In this document: piece after piece, positions 1-9,831 of the stretch
Numbering within the stretch: position 1 is the stretch's first letter
How the letters are laid out: every line of letters begins with the position of its first letter
Virus record (IMG/VR): IMGVR_UViG_3300036861_000887
Span: 1 to 61,345 of that record
Reading direction: 5' to 3' (one strand)
DNA: 61,345 bases
Origin: a virus
Lineage: Duplodnaviria; Caudoviricetes
Made by a program: the position numbers and the translations under genes
The notes under the pieces: model-generated
The model's input: only the letters and a program-made list of their open reading frames with translations
Told to the model about the DNA's origin: nothing
The model's database searches: none

Positions 1-1900
1 AGAGTTCCCCGACCAGATTCCCCAGCTGGACCGTTTGGAGTTTGGCCACGGGAATATTCGCGGTGGTGGCGGTGAGCACATCCAGCGTCTCGTAGCCGCC
101 CAGGTAGTCGTCAATGACCGCTCCCGTGGTATACACTTTGCGTTTAATGCCCCTTCTGGCAATAAAGCCGCTGCCGACCACGGTATGATACGTCCCTGAG
201 GCGGCCGATTTCTCCCAAAAGTAGCAGTTCGTCAACTCCACGTTCTCATGGCTGGCGCTGACGTCCCCCGAAAAGGACGAATCGTAGAAGTGCAGGGCTC
301 CCGTCCCCGTGCTCTTGATGCACAGACCGGCAGAATCCTTGATGTGCTTCGCCACGAAGAGATTGTGGAAGGTGGTGCTATAGTTCCCGCCGGTGCTCTC
401 AAAATCGAGCGTGCGGCATTTGAGTTCCGGGGTGAACTCATCGGTGTTGGTTCCCTCAATCCGGAGTTGCATCATCTCCAGGTGGCCGTCCTCCATCTTA
501 ATGATGCTGCCTTCATCGGGCATCCCGTCCGCCCGCAGAAACACGTTCCCAAACCGCCATCCGCCGCCCATGCGTTTGATATGAATGATGTGCTCCCGCA
601 AGTGGCCAGTATCCGCGAAGACCTTGGGCGGGCCATTGCGGAAGGTGTCAATGTAGTTGAGGTCGAGCCCGTCCGAATCAATGATCAGGGGATTTTGCAC
701 GCCCAGCATGTGGATGACCCCGAAATTGGTGTCTTCCGTATTGCTGTCATACCCATCCCCGGTATAATCCCCAATCTGCAGCCCAATGTAGAAGCCAAAG
801 ATCCCCAGCCGCTGGAAGATATTATTATTGGCCGTCCCCCCAGCAACGGTGCTATGCCAGAGGATCCCGGTCACCCCTTCAATGAGTGGTTGGGCGCCAT
901 TCGGCGGCACGCCCAGGTTGTAGCACATCAAACTCCCAAACATGCAGCCCTTCACTTGCAGGATTTCCACCGCCACCGCTTCGGGCGGCCCATCATAAAA
1001 AAAGCCACTACAGGGCGTAGGCGCGAAGGTGGTAAACTCCGCATGGGAGAAGCCGTAGGTGCCCGTGGGGAAGACAATCGGCGCCGTATGTCGATACATC
1101 CCTGTCGCGAGCACGCCGTACTTATGGGCCGCCGCATACTCCAAGCAATCGTTGATCGGCCCCGTATCGTCGTTGATCCGGTCTCCCATTGCCCCAAACA
1201 TTTCCGGGCTGATAATCCGGTGGCCCACTGGCGCCCAGCCCGCCGTCAGTTTGATCCAGAGGCCCAAGTCCTCATCGGTCACCTGCCCCAGCGTGGCCAG
1301 GCTGGCCCCAGAGGGCAGCGCGGCACGGGCGCTGCGCGAGACCTGCGCAATGGCGTTCACCGGCGTGCTCGCGCCGTCGACCATCTCAATCAGTTCAATA
1401 CCGTCGTCCTCAGCGTTATACCCGAAGACTTTGCGCCCACCACTTAACAGGGTCAGGCTGTCCGGGGAGGGGAGTTCCAGGTTCCGCAGAGCGTTCTGCG
1501 TCGCAAAGCGGAGCGCAGGAATCCGCGAGAGACGTTCCATCACATGATTCTGGATCTGCAACGCTTGGCGATCCACCATGCGCTCAATGGCGGGCAGGTT
1601 GATATAGCCGGCCGCCGGGAGTTCCGTGGGTTGCTCGATGGCGGGCGCGGTCGAGAGCATGAGCGTTTCGCCCACGGCCGGGATACTGCCTGCCACCATG
1701 GTGACTGTGCCACCGTCGACCGCGTCCACACCCGCCACGGTGTAGTGGGTGGTTTCGGTCAGTGTGGTCATCCCGTCGTCGCTGAACAGGATGACGATAA
1801 GGTCGGCGCTGTCCAGGATGCGGAATGGGAAGGCGAAGATCGAACTCGATCCGTCTCCAGCGTGAAATTTCGGTGGTTGATCGGTTGCGGCAACAGTCAT
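1..1900 (-). CDS. Tailspike/tail fibre, N-terminal part (runs off the left edge)
   Basis: Not in the ORF track because it has no stop in the window. ATG at 1900 overlaps the stop of the upstream gene (ATGA). Manual translation gives a T7 gp17-like anchor (MTVAATDQPPKFHAGDGSSSIFAFPFRILDSADLIV), then a beta-helix start motif (ISPEMFGAMGDRINDDTGPINDCL). Confidence 0.85.
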   Translation of the reverse strand, partial: MTVAATDQPPKFHAGDGSSSIFAFPFRILDSADLIVILFSDDGMTTLTETTHYTVAGVDAVDGGTVTMVAGSIPAVGETLMLSTAPAIEQPTELPAAGYINLPAIERMVDRQALQIQNHVMERLSRIPALRFATQNALRNLELPSPDSLTLLSGGRKVFGYNAEDDGIELIEMVDGASTPVNAIAQVSRSARAALPSGASLATLGQVTDEDLGLWIKLTAGWAPVGHRIISPEMFGAMGDRINDDTGPINDCLEYAAAHKYGVLATGMYRHTAPIVFPTGTYGFSHAEFTTFAPTPCSGFFYDGPPEAVAVEILQVKGCMFGSLMCYNLGVPPNGAQPLIEGVTGILWHSTVAGGTANNNIFQRLGIFGFYIGLQIGDYTGDGYDSNTEDTNFGVIHMLGVQNPLIIDSDGLDLNYIDTFRNGPPKVFADTGHLREHIIHIKRMGGGWRFGNVFLRADGMPDEGSIIKMEDGHLEMMQLRIEGTNTDEFTPELKCRTLDFESTGGNYSTTFHNLFVAKHIKDSAGLCIKSTGTGALHFYDSSFSGDVSASHENVELTNCYFWEKSAASGTYHTVVGSGFIARRGIKRKVYTTGAVIDDYLGGYETLDVLTATTANIPVAKLQTVQLGNLVGEL

Positions 1901-4900
1901 CGGCCACCTCCAATACTCAGGGAGCGTAAGGCTTGTTCCAATGCGGGCTCTTGTGGACTGGGCTCGACGGTGCCACGTCGTTGCCCCATAGCAGTCTTGC
2001 GGGCATCCTGCACCCGCTCAAACAGTTCCTGCTGAAACTCAGGACGGCCAGGGGTGACCATGACGCGCCGAGCCAGGTCTTGATACTGATGGGCGAGGGC
2101 GCGAATGCGCAGCGACTGTTCCCCCTCTGGCCCCGGACTCAACTTGCGAAAGGCCGCGTTGTCATACCAGTCGGTGAGCCGATCCACGAAGGTTTTGCCC
2201 CCGAGTTTCAACCCATCCCGAGCCAGCACCTGATACGCATCATACTCGGCATTGGTCATACGGACGTCGTGCTCTAAGGTCCGGGAGGGTTTCGACAAGT
2301 CCAGCCCATTCTCTAGGAGGAGGTGATTCGCGGGCAGTTGCTCCGTCTTGCGGAGGGGGAACGGCATGGCAAACCGATAGGCTCCGTTCACCATCCCCTC
2401 AGCCGCGCCATGTGCATAGAGCACTGGTTGCGCCAGGGTATTGCGCGAGGGCGCCAAGGTCGCGGAGACGCCAGGGGTCACGGCCATCAGCCCTTCCAGG
2501 ACCGTTTCGGCTTCGCGCACTTCCGGGTCAATCGCCCGCGCGAGTTGGCGGAGGAGCGACGGCTCCAGGCCTTGCACGAAGCGCGTCAGGGCCTTCGTGG
2601 GGCCTTTCATGGCGTCCGTGGCGGTATCGCCCCGTCCAGACAGCAGATCGACAACATTCGAGAAGCCCGTCAGAAACGACTTATCTTTATAGGCCTTCAT
2701 AAAGCCTAAGAGTGTGCCTGCCACCGCTTCTTGGTGTTGCCCTTCCGGAGCAGCGCCGCTCGTTTGGGCAAGAATCGCCCCTTGGATGAGGAAGTTGGAG
2801 ACGGGATCCCCACGACTCAGGCCAATCGTCTGGTCTGTGCCGGGAATATGAAGCGCCCAGGGTTGGAAGCCTTCCCCTTTCAGCATGCCTTGCAAGACGG
2901 GATTTTGGGAGCCAGGCCCCGTAATATAGCCTTGGGAAGCCAGATACGCCGTTACGCCCATCATGGCGGCCCCCAACTCCATCTTCGCCATCGTCTCCGC
3001 CGCATCAATACCGCCTCGGCCGAGGGCCGCCCGGACTTCGCGACTAGCCAGCGCAAGCCCAGGGGTGCGCTCAAAGGTATAGCGCAAGATATTGGTAGGG
3101 GTGCGCACAAAGGGGACAATCATCTTGGCGAGGGGATGAGTGTTTGAAAACATTTGAATCCCCGAGGCTCCCTGGCCCAGCCTGGCAAAGGGCACGTCAG
3201 GCGCGGAGAGTTTTTGCTGCATGGTTTGGTAAAAGGCAAAGTCCCGCGCTTTCTCAATGACTTCAACAGGTGGGTCATTGAGAAACTGGGCCATAAAGGC
3301 GGCACGGTCCGCTTCGGGGATAGTCTGCGCCGCGCGGAGCGATTCTTTCCGCAACATCATGCGATAATTGACGCCTTTGAATATCTCATCCACGGCATCC
3401 AACGCTTTCGATGGAGTGCGGATCACAGACCCCAGCAACTCCACTGCCCGCCCCACGGGGGTATTCCTCGCCAAGTTAAACGTCTCGGCGGTCATCGCAG
3501 GCTTATGGAGTTCCGCCACGCGACCGGCCGCACTGCCAAACTGTCCCTCCCCGCGCCACGAGGCTGCCGCCATTTTGAAAGCGTCCATATACCCCTCCAG
3601 CATGCCGTAGAGCATCTGCACCGCTTCCCCAGCCTGGGCATCCTCCCGCATAATCTTGGCATTGGCGACGGTCAGAAGCTGCTCAGGAATCGCCATGAGG
3701 GTGGTGAGCGCATTGCCCGCCAACTGGGACACATGCGTCTGGGGACCACTGAGGAGCCCATTCACATACAGCTCCAGAAAGGCCTGGGTTTTGGTCGGGG
3801 TGGTGGCCTGGTCAATGAAGCGGTTCAGGGCTTGGGGTGTCTTGAGGGATTGCACCATCTCTGCCAGTCGCTCGGCACTGATCCCCTCACTCGACGCGGG
3901 AATACTCATCTTTTTGAGCGCCTGCTGAATGGTCTCGTAATACTCCAGTTCTCCCGTACGACTGGCGCGGAGGATTCCCAAGGTACGCCCCGCTTCGCTC
4001 CGAATCGCGCCAGCCGATTTCTGGATTTCGCCATGGAGCACGAACTGCTTGAGAAAGTCTTGCGTCGCGTCCACATTGCCGCTCTTGACCAGGGTAGCCA
4101 GCCGGTCCAACTCGTGCGCAGAGTCCAGCAGCATCACCTGACTGGCATAGGCGAGGCGGCTATCAATCGCGTGCCCATCCCCCCGCGCCATGAGCCCTTC
4201 GGCGGTGAGTCCCATCTGCTCTGCGAGCTTCTTGGTTTCCTCGAATGATGTGCCCAGGCGGCGGCCCGCCGTAATCTCTGGCTCGAGCGTCTCACTGATG
4301 GCAGAGAGCGTGCGCTTGATATCGTCCGTCGTCACCATTTTGTTGTAGTTGATATCCCGCGCAATCCCCGTCGGGACCTGCCCCGCGTCCTGCATGCCCG
4401 TGCGCATGGCCTGCATTTGCTTGGCCCGCCCCTCAATGGTCTCCGTGTCCATGGCGTGTACGTCGGCCGCGACTTTCCCCGCACGGGCCAAAATGTTCTT
4501 CGCCATGGTACGCGCGGTATCCTGAGCCCCCTGCATGAAGTCGCTGGCGCGTTGACCCAGCGTGCCTTCTAAGGCCTCTCGGCGGACGGCCTGGGTGGCG
4601 GTGGTAATCTCTTCTTCAATGGCCGTAGACGGAAGGCGCTGGGTTAAGCGACGGATCAAGGCTGGGGAGGCGAGTGCCCCGAGTCCTGCGCCAATCAGCG
4701 CGTTTCTAATTCGCTCTCCTGGCGTATCGCCAATCATGCCCCCGGCGACTCCGCCAATACCCGCACGCGCGAGGGCAATGATCACAGCGGCCTGGGTACT
4801 GCCTTCTTCGCCAAGATAGTGCAAGGACTCAGGCGGGGCTTCCCGACGTATTTCGTTGAGGATGTCTTTGAGCGCGTCCTTGCCGCCGGGAATATCGTCT

Positions 4901-6792
4901 GGGGTCGCACCGCGTAACAGCTGTTGTACGCGCGTCATGCCTTCTCCCATCAGCCGATGGGCTTCCTCTTCCGTGACCCCGGTTTCACGAACAAGTCGTT
5001 GCACCGCCATCTGAATCCCTTCCGGCTTGTTGAGGGACGCACCATGCCGTAACGCGAGCTGTGTCGCCAATTCCGGCGCCGCTGGCGTAGCAAAGTGTTC
5101 CGGCATTTGCGTGGTAGGCGCCGCGCGGACAGGCAACGTCGGGCGATAGTCCTGCAACAATTCCTCGGCCCGGCCCAACAAGCGGTCTGCTTCCGGGCGA
5201 CTGACACCAGCCTCGGCCACCAGTTGCCGCGCCATGCGCTCCCGGCCACCCCGTGATCCCAAGAGGTCAGTGTATTGGAGCGCGAGCGCCGTGGCTTCGC
5301 GTAAGCCCTCTTCCTGGGCGAACCGTTCTGGCAGCGGAATCGCCTGGGCTACAGGCGCGGCCGCAGCGGTGGGGGCTTCCGCTGTGGTTCCAGGGGGCAA
5401 CTGTAAGGGGGCCGCCTGGGTGGGACGCGCAATGCGGCCCTGGAAAAACCCTGGCGTCCCAAAGGCGTGCCCATACGTCTCCAGGAGAAGTATCCCCGCT
5501 TCCTGGCGTGAGACATTGGTCAGGGCTTGGAGCTGGGCCACGCTCGCATTAAAGGTCTCTGGCGTGAGTAACGTGCCTTGGTGCTGTTCCACGAGTCCCA
5601 GCGCCAACGCCCCTGGACTTTTGGCCGCCGTCATCACCAGCGTCCGCGCTTCCTCCTCCGGGATGCCATGCCGCGCGGCCACGTTTTGCCATGCCTGCTG
5701 TAACCCGGCCTCCGTCCGGGCCTCCTCTCCCATGCCCAGAATCGTTGCACGGGCAGTCATGGCGGGCGTTTCGGGTGGGGGCGGGACTGGAGGGCCTGCG
5801 CCCAACTGTTTCGGCCGTCCCCAATTGTTGCTATGCGCGGCGCGGATAATCGACACTGCACCAATCGCCCCTTCAATTGCCGCGCGAAAGCCCCCCTCGG
5901 TCACCGTCGTACCCAGGCGTTCCATGAGCCGATGTTTGGCGGTATCTTCCGTGCCAGGCGGCGGCGGTTCAGTCGCCAGAAAGTCTAAGATGGGACCACG
6001 CAGCGACGGCACCAAATCCTTGAGGAGATTCGCAATATTGGGGTTGTCTGGGGAGAAGGCCGAATAACTGGCGGCAAGGCTGGCCAGCCAATCGGCCGTC
6101 TTGGGCGCTGCCCCTGCAATCCCCGCTACGCCCGTGCCGGCATAGTACATCGTAAACGCCGTGAGGAATTGGGACAGGCTCTCCGTCGTATGGCCTACAA
6201 AGCGCGCAGCAGGTGACACGCCAGGCACCTCGAGTGTCCCGATCTTGCCGCTCGATGGCGGAATGGGGAGTTCCAAGGCCTTGGCGGCTGGCCCAAGGAT
6301 GCTCACCGGCTTATCGGTAAACAGGGACGCGAAGTCATCCACCGTCTGCCCCATGCTGGTCAGGGCCTGCTGCATGCCTCGGCTCGCATCCCGGAGTAAG
6401 GGCGATATGACCGGAATTTCGATCCCCAAGGGCTGCATGCCTTGCGCACCCCGCTCCCGCTTCTTGGCCTCTTGCTCTGACTGGATGGTCTCTGCGGGAA
6501 AGGCCAGCCGCTGACGCGCGGCGGCATCCCCGGCCACGGTGCTGGCCGGGGTGGTCGGAGTGGGGGTACTCGGCTCGCCCAGGGTGCCCGGATCCGGAGC
6601 ACCAGGCAACAGGGTGGGTGGGGGCAGCGGGTTGCCGTCGGCGTCGCGTCCCAAGTCCCGCAGCGTCCGCATGAGGAGGAGCGAGCCTGGGCTATTCTCG
6701 TTATAGTACTGGCGGTAGCTATCCGCAATGGTGTTTTGCTGGGGCGGAACAACCGTCAGACCTGGCGTAGGTTGTGTGAGCGGTTCACCCAT
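1897..6792 (-). CDS. Large internal virion (ejection) protein, T7 gp16-like position
   Basis: About 1630 aa, helical and Ala-rich, with a PFVRTPTNI motif common in podoviral large ejection proteins. It is the last of three genes between the GNAT gene and the tailspike. Start moved to MGEPLTQ. Confidence 0.75.
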   Translation of the reverse strand: MGEPLTQPTPGLTVVPPQQNTIADSYRQYYNENSPGSLLLMRTLRDLGRDADGNPLPPPTLLPGAPDPGTLGEPSTPTPTTPASTVAGDAAARQRLAFPAETIQSEQEAKKRERGAQGMQPLGIEIPVISPLLRDASRGMQQALTSMGQTVDDFASLFTDKPVSILGPAAKALELPIPPSSGKIGTLEVPGVSPAARFVGHTTESLSQFLTAFTMYYAGTGVAGIAGAAPKTADWLASLAASYSAFSPDNPNIANLLKDLVPSLRGPILDFLATEPPPPGTEDTAKHRLMERLGTTVTEGGFRAAIEGAIGAVSIIRAAHSNNWGRPKQLGAGPPVPPPPETPAMTARATILGMGEEARTEAGLQQAWQNVAARHGIPEEEARTLVMTAAKSPGALALGLVEQHQGTLLTPETFNASVAQLQALTNVSRQEAGILLLETYGHAFGTPGFFQGRIARPTQAAPLQLPPGTTAEAPTAAAAPVAQAIPLPERFAQEEGLREATALALQYTDLLGSRGGRERMARQLVAEAGVSRPEADRLLGRAEELLQDYRPTLPVRAAPTTQMPEHFATPAAPELATQLALRHGASLNKPEGIQMAVQRLVRETGVTEEEAHRLMGEGMTRVQQLLRGATPDDIPGGKDALKDILNEIRREAPPESLHYLGEEGSTQAAVIIALARAGIGGVAGGMIGDTPGERIRNALIGAGLGALASPALIRRLTQRLPSTAIEEEITTATQAVRREALEGTLGQRASDFMQGAQDTARTMAKNILARAGKVAADVHAMDTETIEGRAKQMQAMRTGMQDAGQVPTGIARDINYNKMVTTDDIKRTLSAISETLEPEITAGRRLGTSFEETKKLAEQMGLTAEGLMARGDGHAIDSRLAYASQVMLLDSAHELDRLATLVKSGNVDATQDFLKQFVLHGEIQKSAGAIRSEAGRTLGILRASRTGELEYYETIQQALKKMSIPASSEGISAERLAEMVQSLKTPQALNRFIDQATTPTKTQAFLELYVNGLLSGPQTHVSQLAGNALTTLMAIPEQLLTVANAKIMREDAQAGEAVQMLYGMLEGYMDAFKMAAASWRGEGQFGSAAGRVAELHKPAMTAETFNLARNTPVGRAVELLGSVIRTPSKALDAVDEIFKGVNYRMMLRKESLRAAQTIPEADRAAFMAQFLNDPPVEVIEKARDFAFYQTMQQKLSAPDVPFARLGQGASGIQMFSNTHPLAKMIVPFVRTPTNILRYTFERTPGLALASREVRAALGRGGIDAAETMAKMELGAAMMGVTAYLASQGYITGPGSQNPVLQGMLKGEGFQPWALHIPGTDQTIGLSRGDPVSNFLIQGAILAQTSGAAPEGQHQEAVAGTLLGFMKAYKDKSFLTGFSNVVDLLSGRGDTATDAMKGPTKALTRFVQGLEPSLLRQLARAIDPEVREAETVLEGLMAVTPGVSATLAPSRNTLAQPVLYAHGAAEGMVNGAYRFAMPFPLRKTEQLPANHLLLENGLDLSKPSRTLEHDVRMTNAEYDAYQVLARDGLKLGGKTFVDRLTDWYDNAAFRKLSPGPEGEQSLRIRALAHQYQDLARRVMVTPGRPEFQQELFERVQDARKTAMGQRRGTVEPSPQEPALEQALRSLSIGGGR

Positions 6793-6796
6793 GGTT

Positions 6797-8536
6797 TTAT
6801 TTCTTCTCCGCTTTATTCTTCGCGTCCTCGGCCGCCTTGCGGTCCTCTTTGGCTTTCTGGACTTGATACTTGGACCACGCCTCAAGGATCAACAGATCAC
6901 TCTCCGCCTGACTCTTACTGACCTTCTTCTGTTGGTAGGCATTGACCACCGCCTCCGGCGTCTCAAAGCCTGCCCGTGGTCGCGGCGGCTCAATCCCCTG
7001 TGCGCTAAACCGCGTGCCAAGTTCCCGTGCGACTCCTTCCCATTGCTGCCGGAACTGGGTAGTATTCAGCCCGTCCGCGCCGCTCATCTCACTGGCTTGC
7101 CGGAAGAGTTCGAGTTGCGCGAGGCCCAGATTCTCCTTCCGGCGCTTGGCCACTTGCTGCAGATCAGCCACCCCTGAGCTTTCCAGGGCGATAATGTCGG
7201 AGGCAGGCCCAAGGATGGTGTCATTGAGAAATTGCGTGGCCTGCTTAAACTCCGCCGTGTTACTCACATGGTCCGCCCGCTGGCGCTGGCGCACATGGGT
7301 GAGCGCCTCAATCTGATGCGTGAGGTCTAGGCCAGGGACCGCCAGGACATCTTCTGGCGTCATCTGCAGCGTTGAGCCGTACAGCTTGGGCAAAATAGCC
7401 TGCATGGCTTCTTGCCCCTTGAGCATTGCCGCTTGCCGGGATTCCATGCGGGCCTCGCGCGCTTCGGACCGCGCCGCGCGCGCATCCGCTTTCGCCTCTT
7501 GCTGTTCCCCATTGACCCGGCTCTCCAGGTAGCGCTTCCGGGCCTCCAGGGCATGCTCGGGGATATTCTGGGTGTTCTGGAGGGCGATCAGCCGTTGCCG
7601 GGTGGCTTGCAATTGGGGAATACTCGCGTTGGGATCCATCATTTCATTGTCCAGGCTCCGTAACGCGACTTCGTTATTCCGGAGCGCGTCCCGCTCGCGT
7701 TGCTGTTCCGCTGCTTCCTGCCGTCGCACATGGCTATCTAGCGTCTGCCCGGCTTCGGCAATCAGCCGATCAATTTTCACCCCGCCAATTTCTAGGATGC
7801 CCTTGGCGGCCTCTGCCCGAAGATCATCCAGCTTTTGCTGGGGGTCGAGTTGGATATCCCGTCGCACGGCACCCGACACCACATCATTGGTAATCTTTTT
7901 GACGAGCCCAGCAGTTTCGTCCGGCCCCAGGAGTAGCGCCGTCTTAAAGTCCTGTTGGATGCCCAGTAATGCCTGCTGGTGATACTGCCTCTCCGTCTCA
8001 TCCGTGGCGTTGATAATGCCCTGCGTATGGGTATCGACGGACTGGAGGAGCACCGTCTTGCGCTGCGCGTCCTGCTGCTTCATGCGCTCATCGCGGGCAC
8101 GCGGGAGCAACACATTCAGATACTGCATGCTCTTCATGCGAAAGGCTTGTGAGGCGCCAGGGGAGAGCCGTTGCCCCATTGTGGCAATGATATCCTTCGA
8201 CTGCTGCTCCAGGTCTTCGGGTAAGGTACGCGGATCCCCAGACTGCCGTAGCGTGTCATAAGCCGCCTGAATCTTCGACTGCCCGGCCAGCGCCTGCTCT
8301 TCCCCGTCCAGCACGTCCTGGGCATGCTTCCGCCGTTCTTCAATCGCCCGCCCTTGCAGGTACAGCTCCGCCCCTTGCTGCACCCCCTGCCCCACGGTGG
8401 CAATGCCCGCGCCAATGGCCCCCGCCGCCCGCGTGTCGTACTGCGGAGGGGCAATGACGGGCACGTCGACCACACTACGCGGTTCGCGCGCCACATTCAG
8501 ACTCGGGTCTACCAAGGGAATATTGAGCCTGGGCAT
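6797..8536 (-). CDS. Internal virion (ejection) protein, gp15-like position
   Basis: 579 aa with an MPRL/I start, a GAIGAGIATVGQG segment and Gln/Ala coiled coils; synteny. Confidence 0.65.
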   Translation of the reverse strand: MPRLNIPLVDPSLNVAREPRSVVDVPVIAPPQYDTRAAGAIGAGIATVGQGVQQGAELYLQGRAIEERRKHAQDVLDGEEQALAGQSKIQAAYDTLRQSGDPRTLPEDLEQQSKDIIATMGQRLSPGASQAFRMKSMQYLNVLLPRARDERMKQQDAQRKTVLLQSVDTHTQGIINATDETERQYHQQALLGIQQDFKTALLLGPDETAGLVKKITNDVVSGAVRRDIQLDPQQKLDDLRAEAAKGILEIGGVKIDRLIAEAGQTLDSHVRRQEAAEQQRERDALRNNEVALRSLDNEMMDPNASIPQLQATRQRLIALQNTQNIPEHALEARKRYLESRVNGEQQEAKADARAARSEAREARMESRQAAMLKGQEAMQAILPKLYGSTLQMTPEDVLAVPGLDLTHQIEALTHVRQRQRADHVSNTAEFKQATQFLNDTILGPASDIIALESSGVADLQQVAKRRKENLGLAQLELFRQASEMSGADGLNTTQFRQQWEGVARELGTRFSAQGIEPPRPRAGFETPEAVVNAYQQKKVSKSQAESDLLILEAWSKYQVQKAKEDRKAAEDAKNKAEKK

Positions 8537-8539
8537 CGC

Positions 8540-9223
8540 TTATCCTATGTCGCCATAGCCACCACGGCCATAACCATAGCCACCTTTGCCATACTGGTAG
8601 GTCTTATAGGCTTGTCCCGCCCCTTGGGCCACCTGGCCACCGACTTGCAGCAGCCCACCCGTAAACGCCTGATCCGCCTGGCTCGCACTGATGCCGGCCT
8701 GCATGCTGCCCAGCCGGAAGCGCTCACTCCCACCATACCGAATGACTGAGGCCCCGAACTCCCGCTGGCTGGCTTCGTCCAGCAGGGCCTTCTGCCGCCC
8801 TTGCGATTCCGTGCGCGAGGCCAGTAAGCCCAGCTCGGTCTGCCGCAACGTCTCGTGCAGGGCAAACAACGGGCTCCCTTCCATGAGAAGCCCTGCCGCC
8901 GCCGTATCCGCGCGCATCTGCCCCACGAGCCGCTGTTGCTGCTCGCGCTGCTGGCGTTCCCGGAGCTTCTGGTAGTCGGCTTCCCGGCTGGCCTCTTGCC
9001 TGGCGATGTCCGCGTTGCGTTCCTCCTGCAAGGCCTCCAGATTGGCCGCTGCCTGCTGCTGTTCCGCCGTGGCACGCTGCAATTGCTCATTCTTCTTGGC
9101 GGCCGCATTCGAAGCGAGGACGGAATAGGTCGTGCCCGCCGCCGCCACCGCCACGCCAACGATGCCGATAATGGCCGCAGCCCCTAACCCGTAAGCACTT
9201 GTTTCCGCGCACTCCATAGCCAT
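8540..9223 (-). CDS. Internal virion (ejection) protein, gp14-like position
   Basis: Hydrophobic Gly/Ala N-terminus, Q/A-rich coil and an AAAGLLMEGSPL motif typical of gp14-like proteins; synteny. Confidence 0.7.
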   Translation of the reverse strand: MAMECAETSAYGLGAAAIIGIVGVAVAAAGTTYSVLASNAAAKKNEQLQRATAEQQQAAANLEALQEERNADIARQEASREADYQKLRERQQREQQQRLVGQMRADTAAAGLLMEGSPLFALHETLRQTELGLLASRTESQGRQKALLDEASQREFGASVIRYGGSERFRLGSMQAGISASQADQAFTGGLLQVGGQVAQGAGQAYKTYQYGKGGYGYGRGGYGDIG

Positions 9224-9233
9224 CTCCTTGGCA

Positions 9234-9707
9234 TTAAGGGTTGCGAAGCCAAAACCAAGAAATGAAAGTCTCCCCCCGAGGCCCATAGCAAGGCTTCCGG
9301 CATTCCAGCGTAAACCCCAGGTGCTCCACCACCCGGTGCGCGTCAGGGTCATACTCCAGCGTCAAGGTTTCGACGCGCAGCAACTCTGGGTAATCGTCCT
9401 GCATATCGCGCCACTGGTCGGTGAGCACCTTCCACAGCATGTACCGATGCGCAGGCGCGGTCGCACTAAAAAAGCTCCATAGTACCGCGAGGCCAGGCCA
9501 AGGCAAAATTAACCCGAAACACACCACGGGCACCTCATTCGCCAACAACGTCCGGGCGGGAGCAGGCTTACTTCTCCCCAGGTCGTAGAGATCCGTGCCG
9601 GCCCAGAAGACCCGTTCCCGGTCCCGTAATGGCAGCAGGAGGAGGTCATCGGCCGCAAAGTCCCGTAAGGTATAGGTGGCGCTGGGTGCGGCACGTGTGA
9701 TGAACAT
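9234..9707 (-). CDS. GNAT-fold acetyltransferase-like virion assembly protein (T7 gp13-like position)
   Basis: VVCFGLILPWPGLAVLW and HRVVEHLGFTLE...YGPRGE motifs; lies between the nozzle and the ejection genes. Confidence 0.7.
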   Translation of the reverse strand: MFITRAAPSATYTLRDFAADDLLLLPLRDRERVFWAGTDLYDLGRSKPAPARTLLANEVPVVCFGLILPWPGLAVLWSFFSATAPAHRYMLWKVLTDQWRDMQDDYPELLRVETLTLEYDPDAHRVVEHLGFTLECRKPCYGPRGETFISWFWLRNP

Positions 9708-9831
9708 GTGTTATCCTCTCCCTGGGGCGGTGGACACTGGCACCCTGGGGGCAACGTCTATAGCCCGACGTCGCGCCAGGAGAGGGCAGTATGCGGGTGG
9801 TATCCTCTCAACCGCTCCGCTGCGCATCTTG

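Noticed and set aside
248-1447. 399-aa plus-strand ORF and other plus-strand ORFs over 1-9 kb
   Set aside because: Antisense shadows of the tailspike and ejection genes; high GC suppresses stops, and there are no RBSs or motifs.
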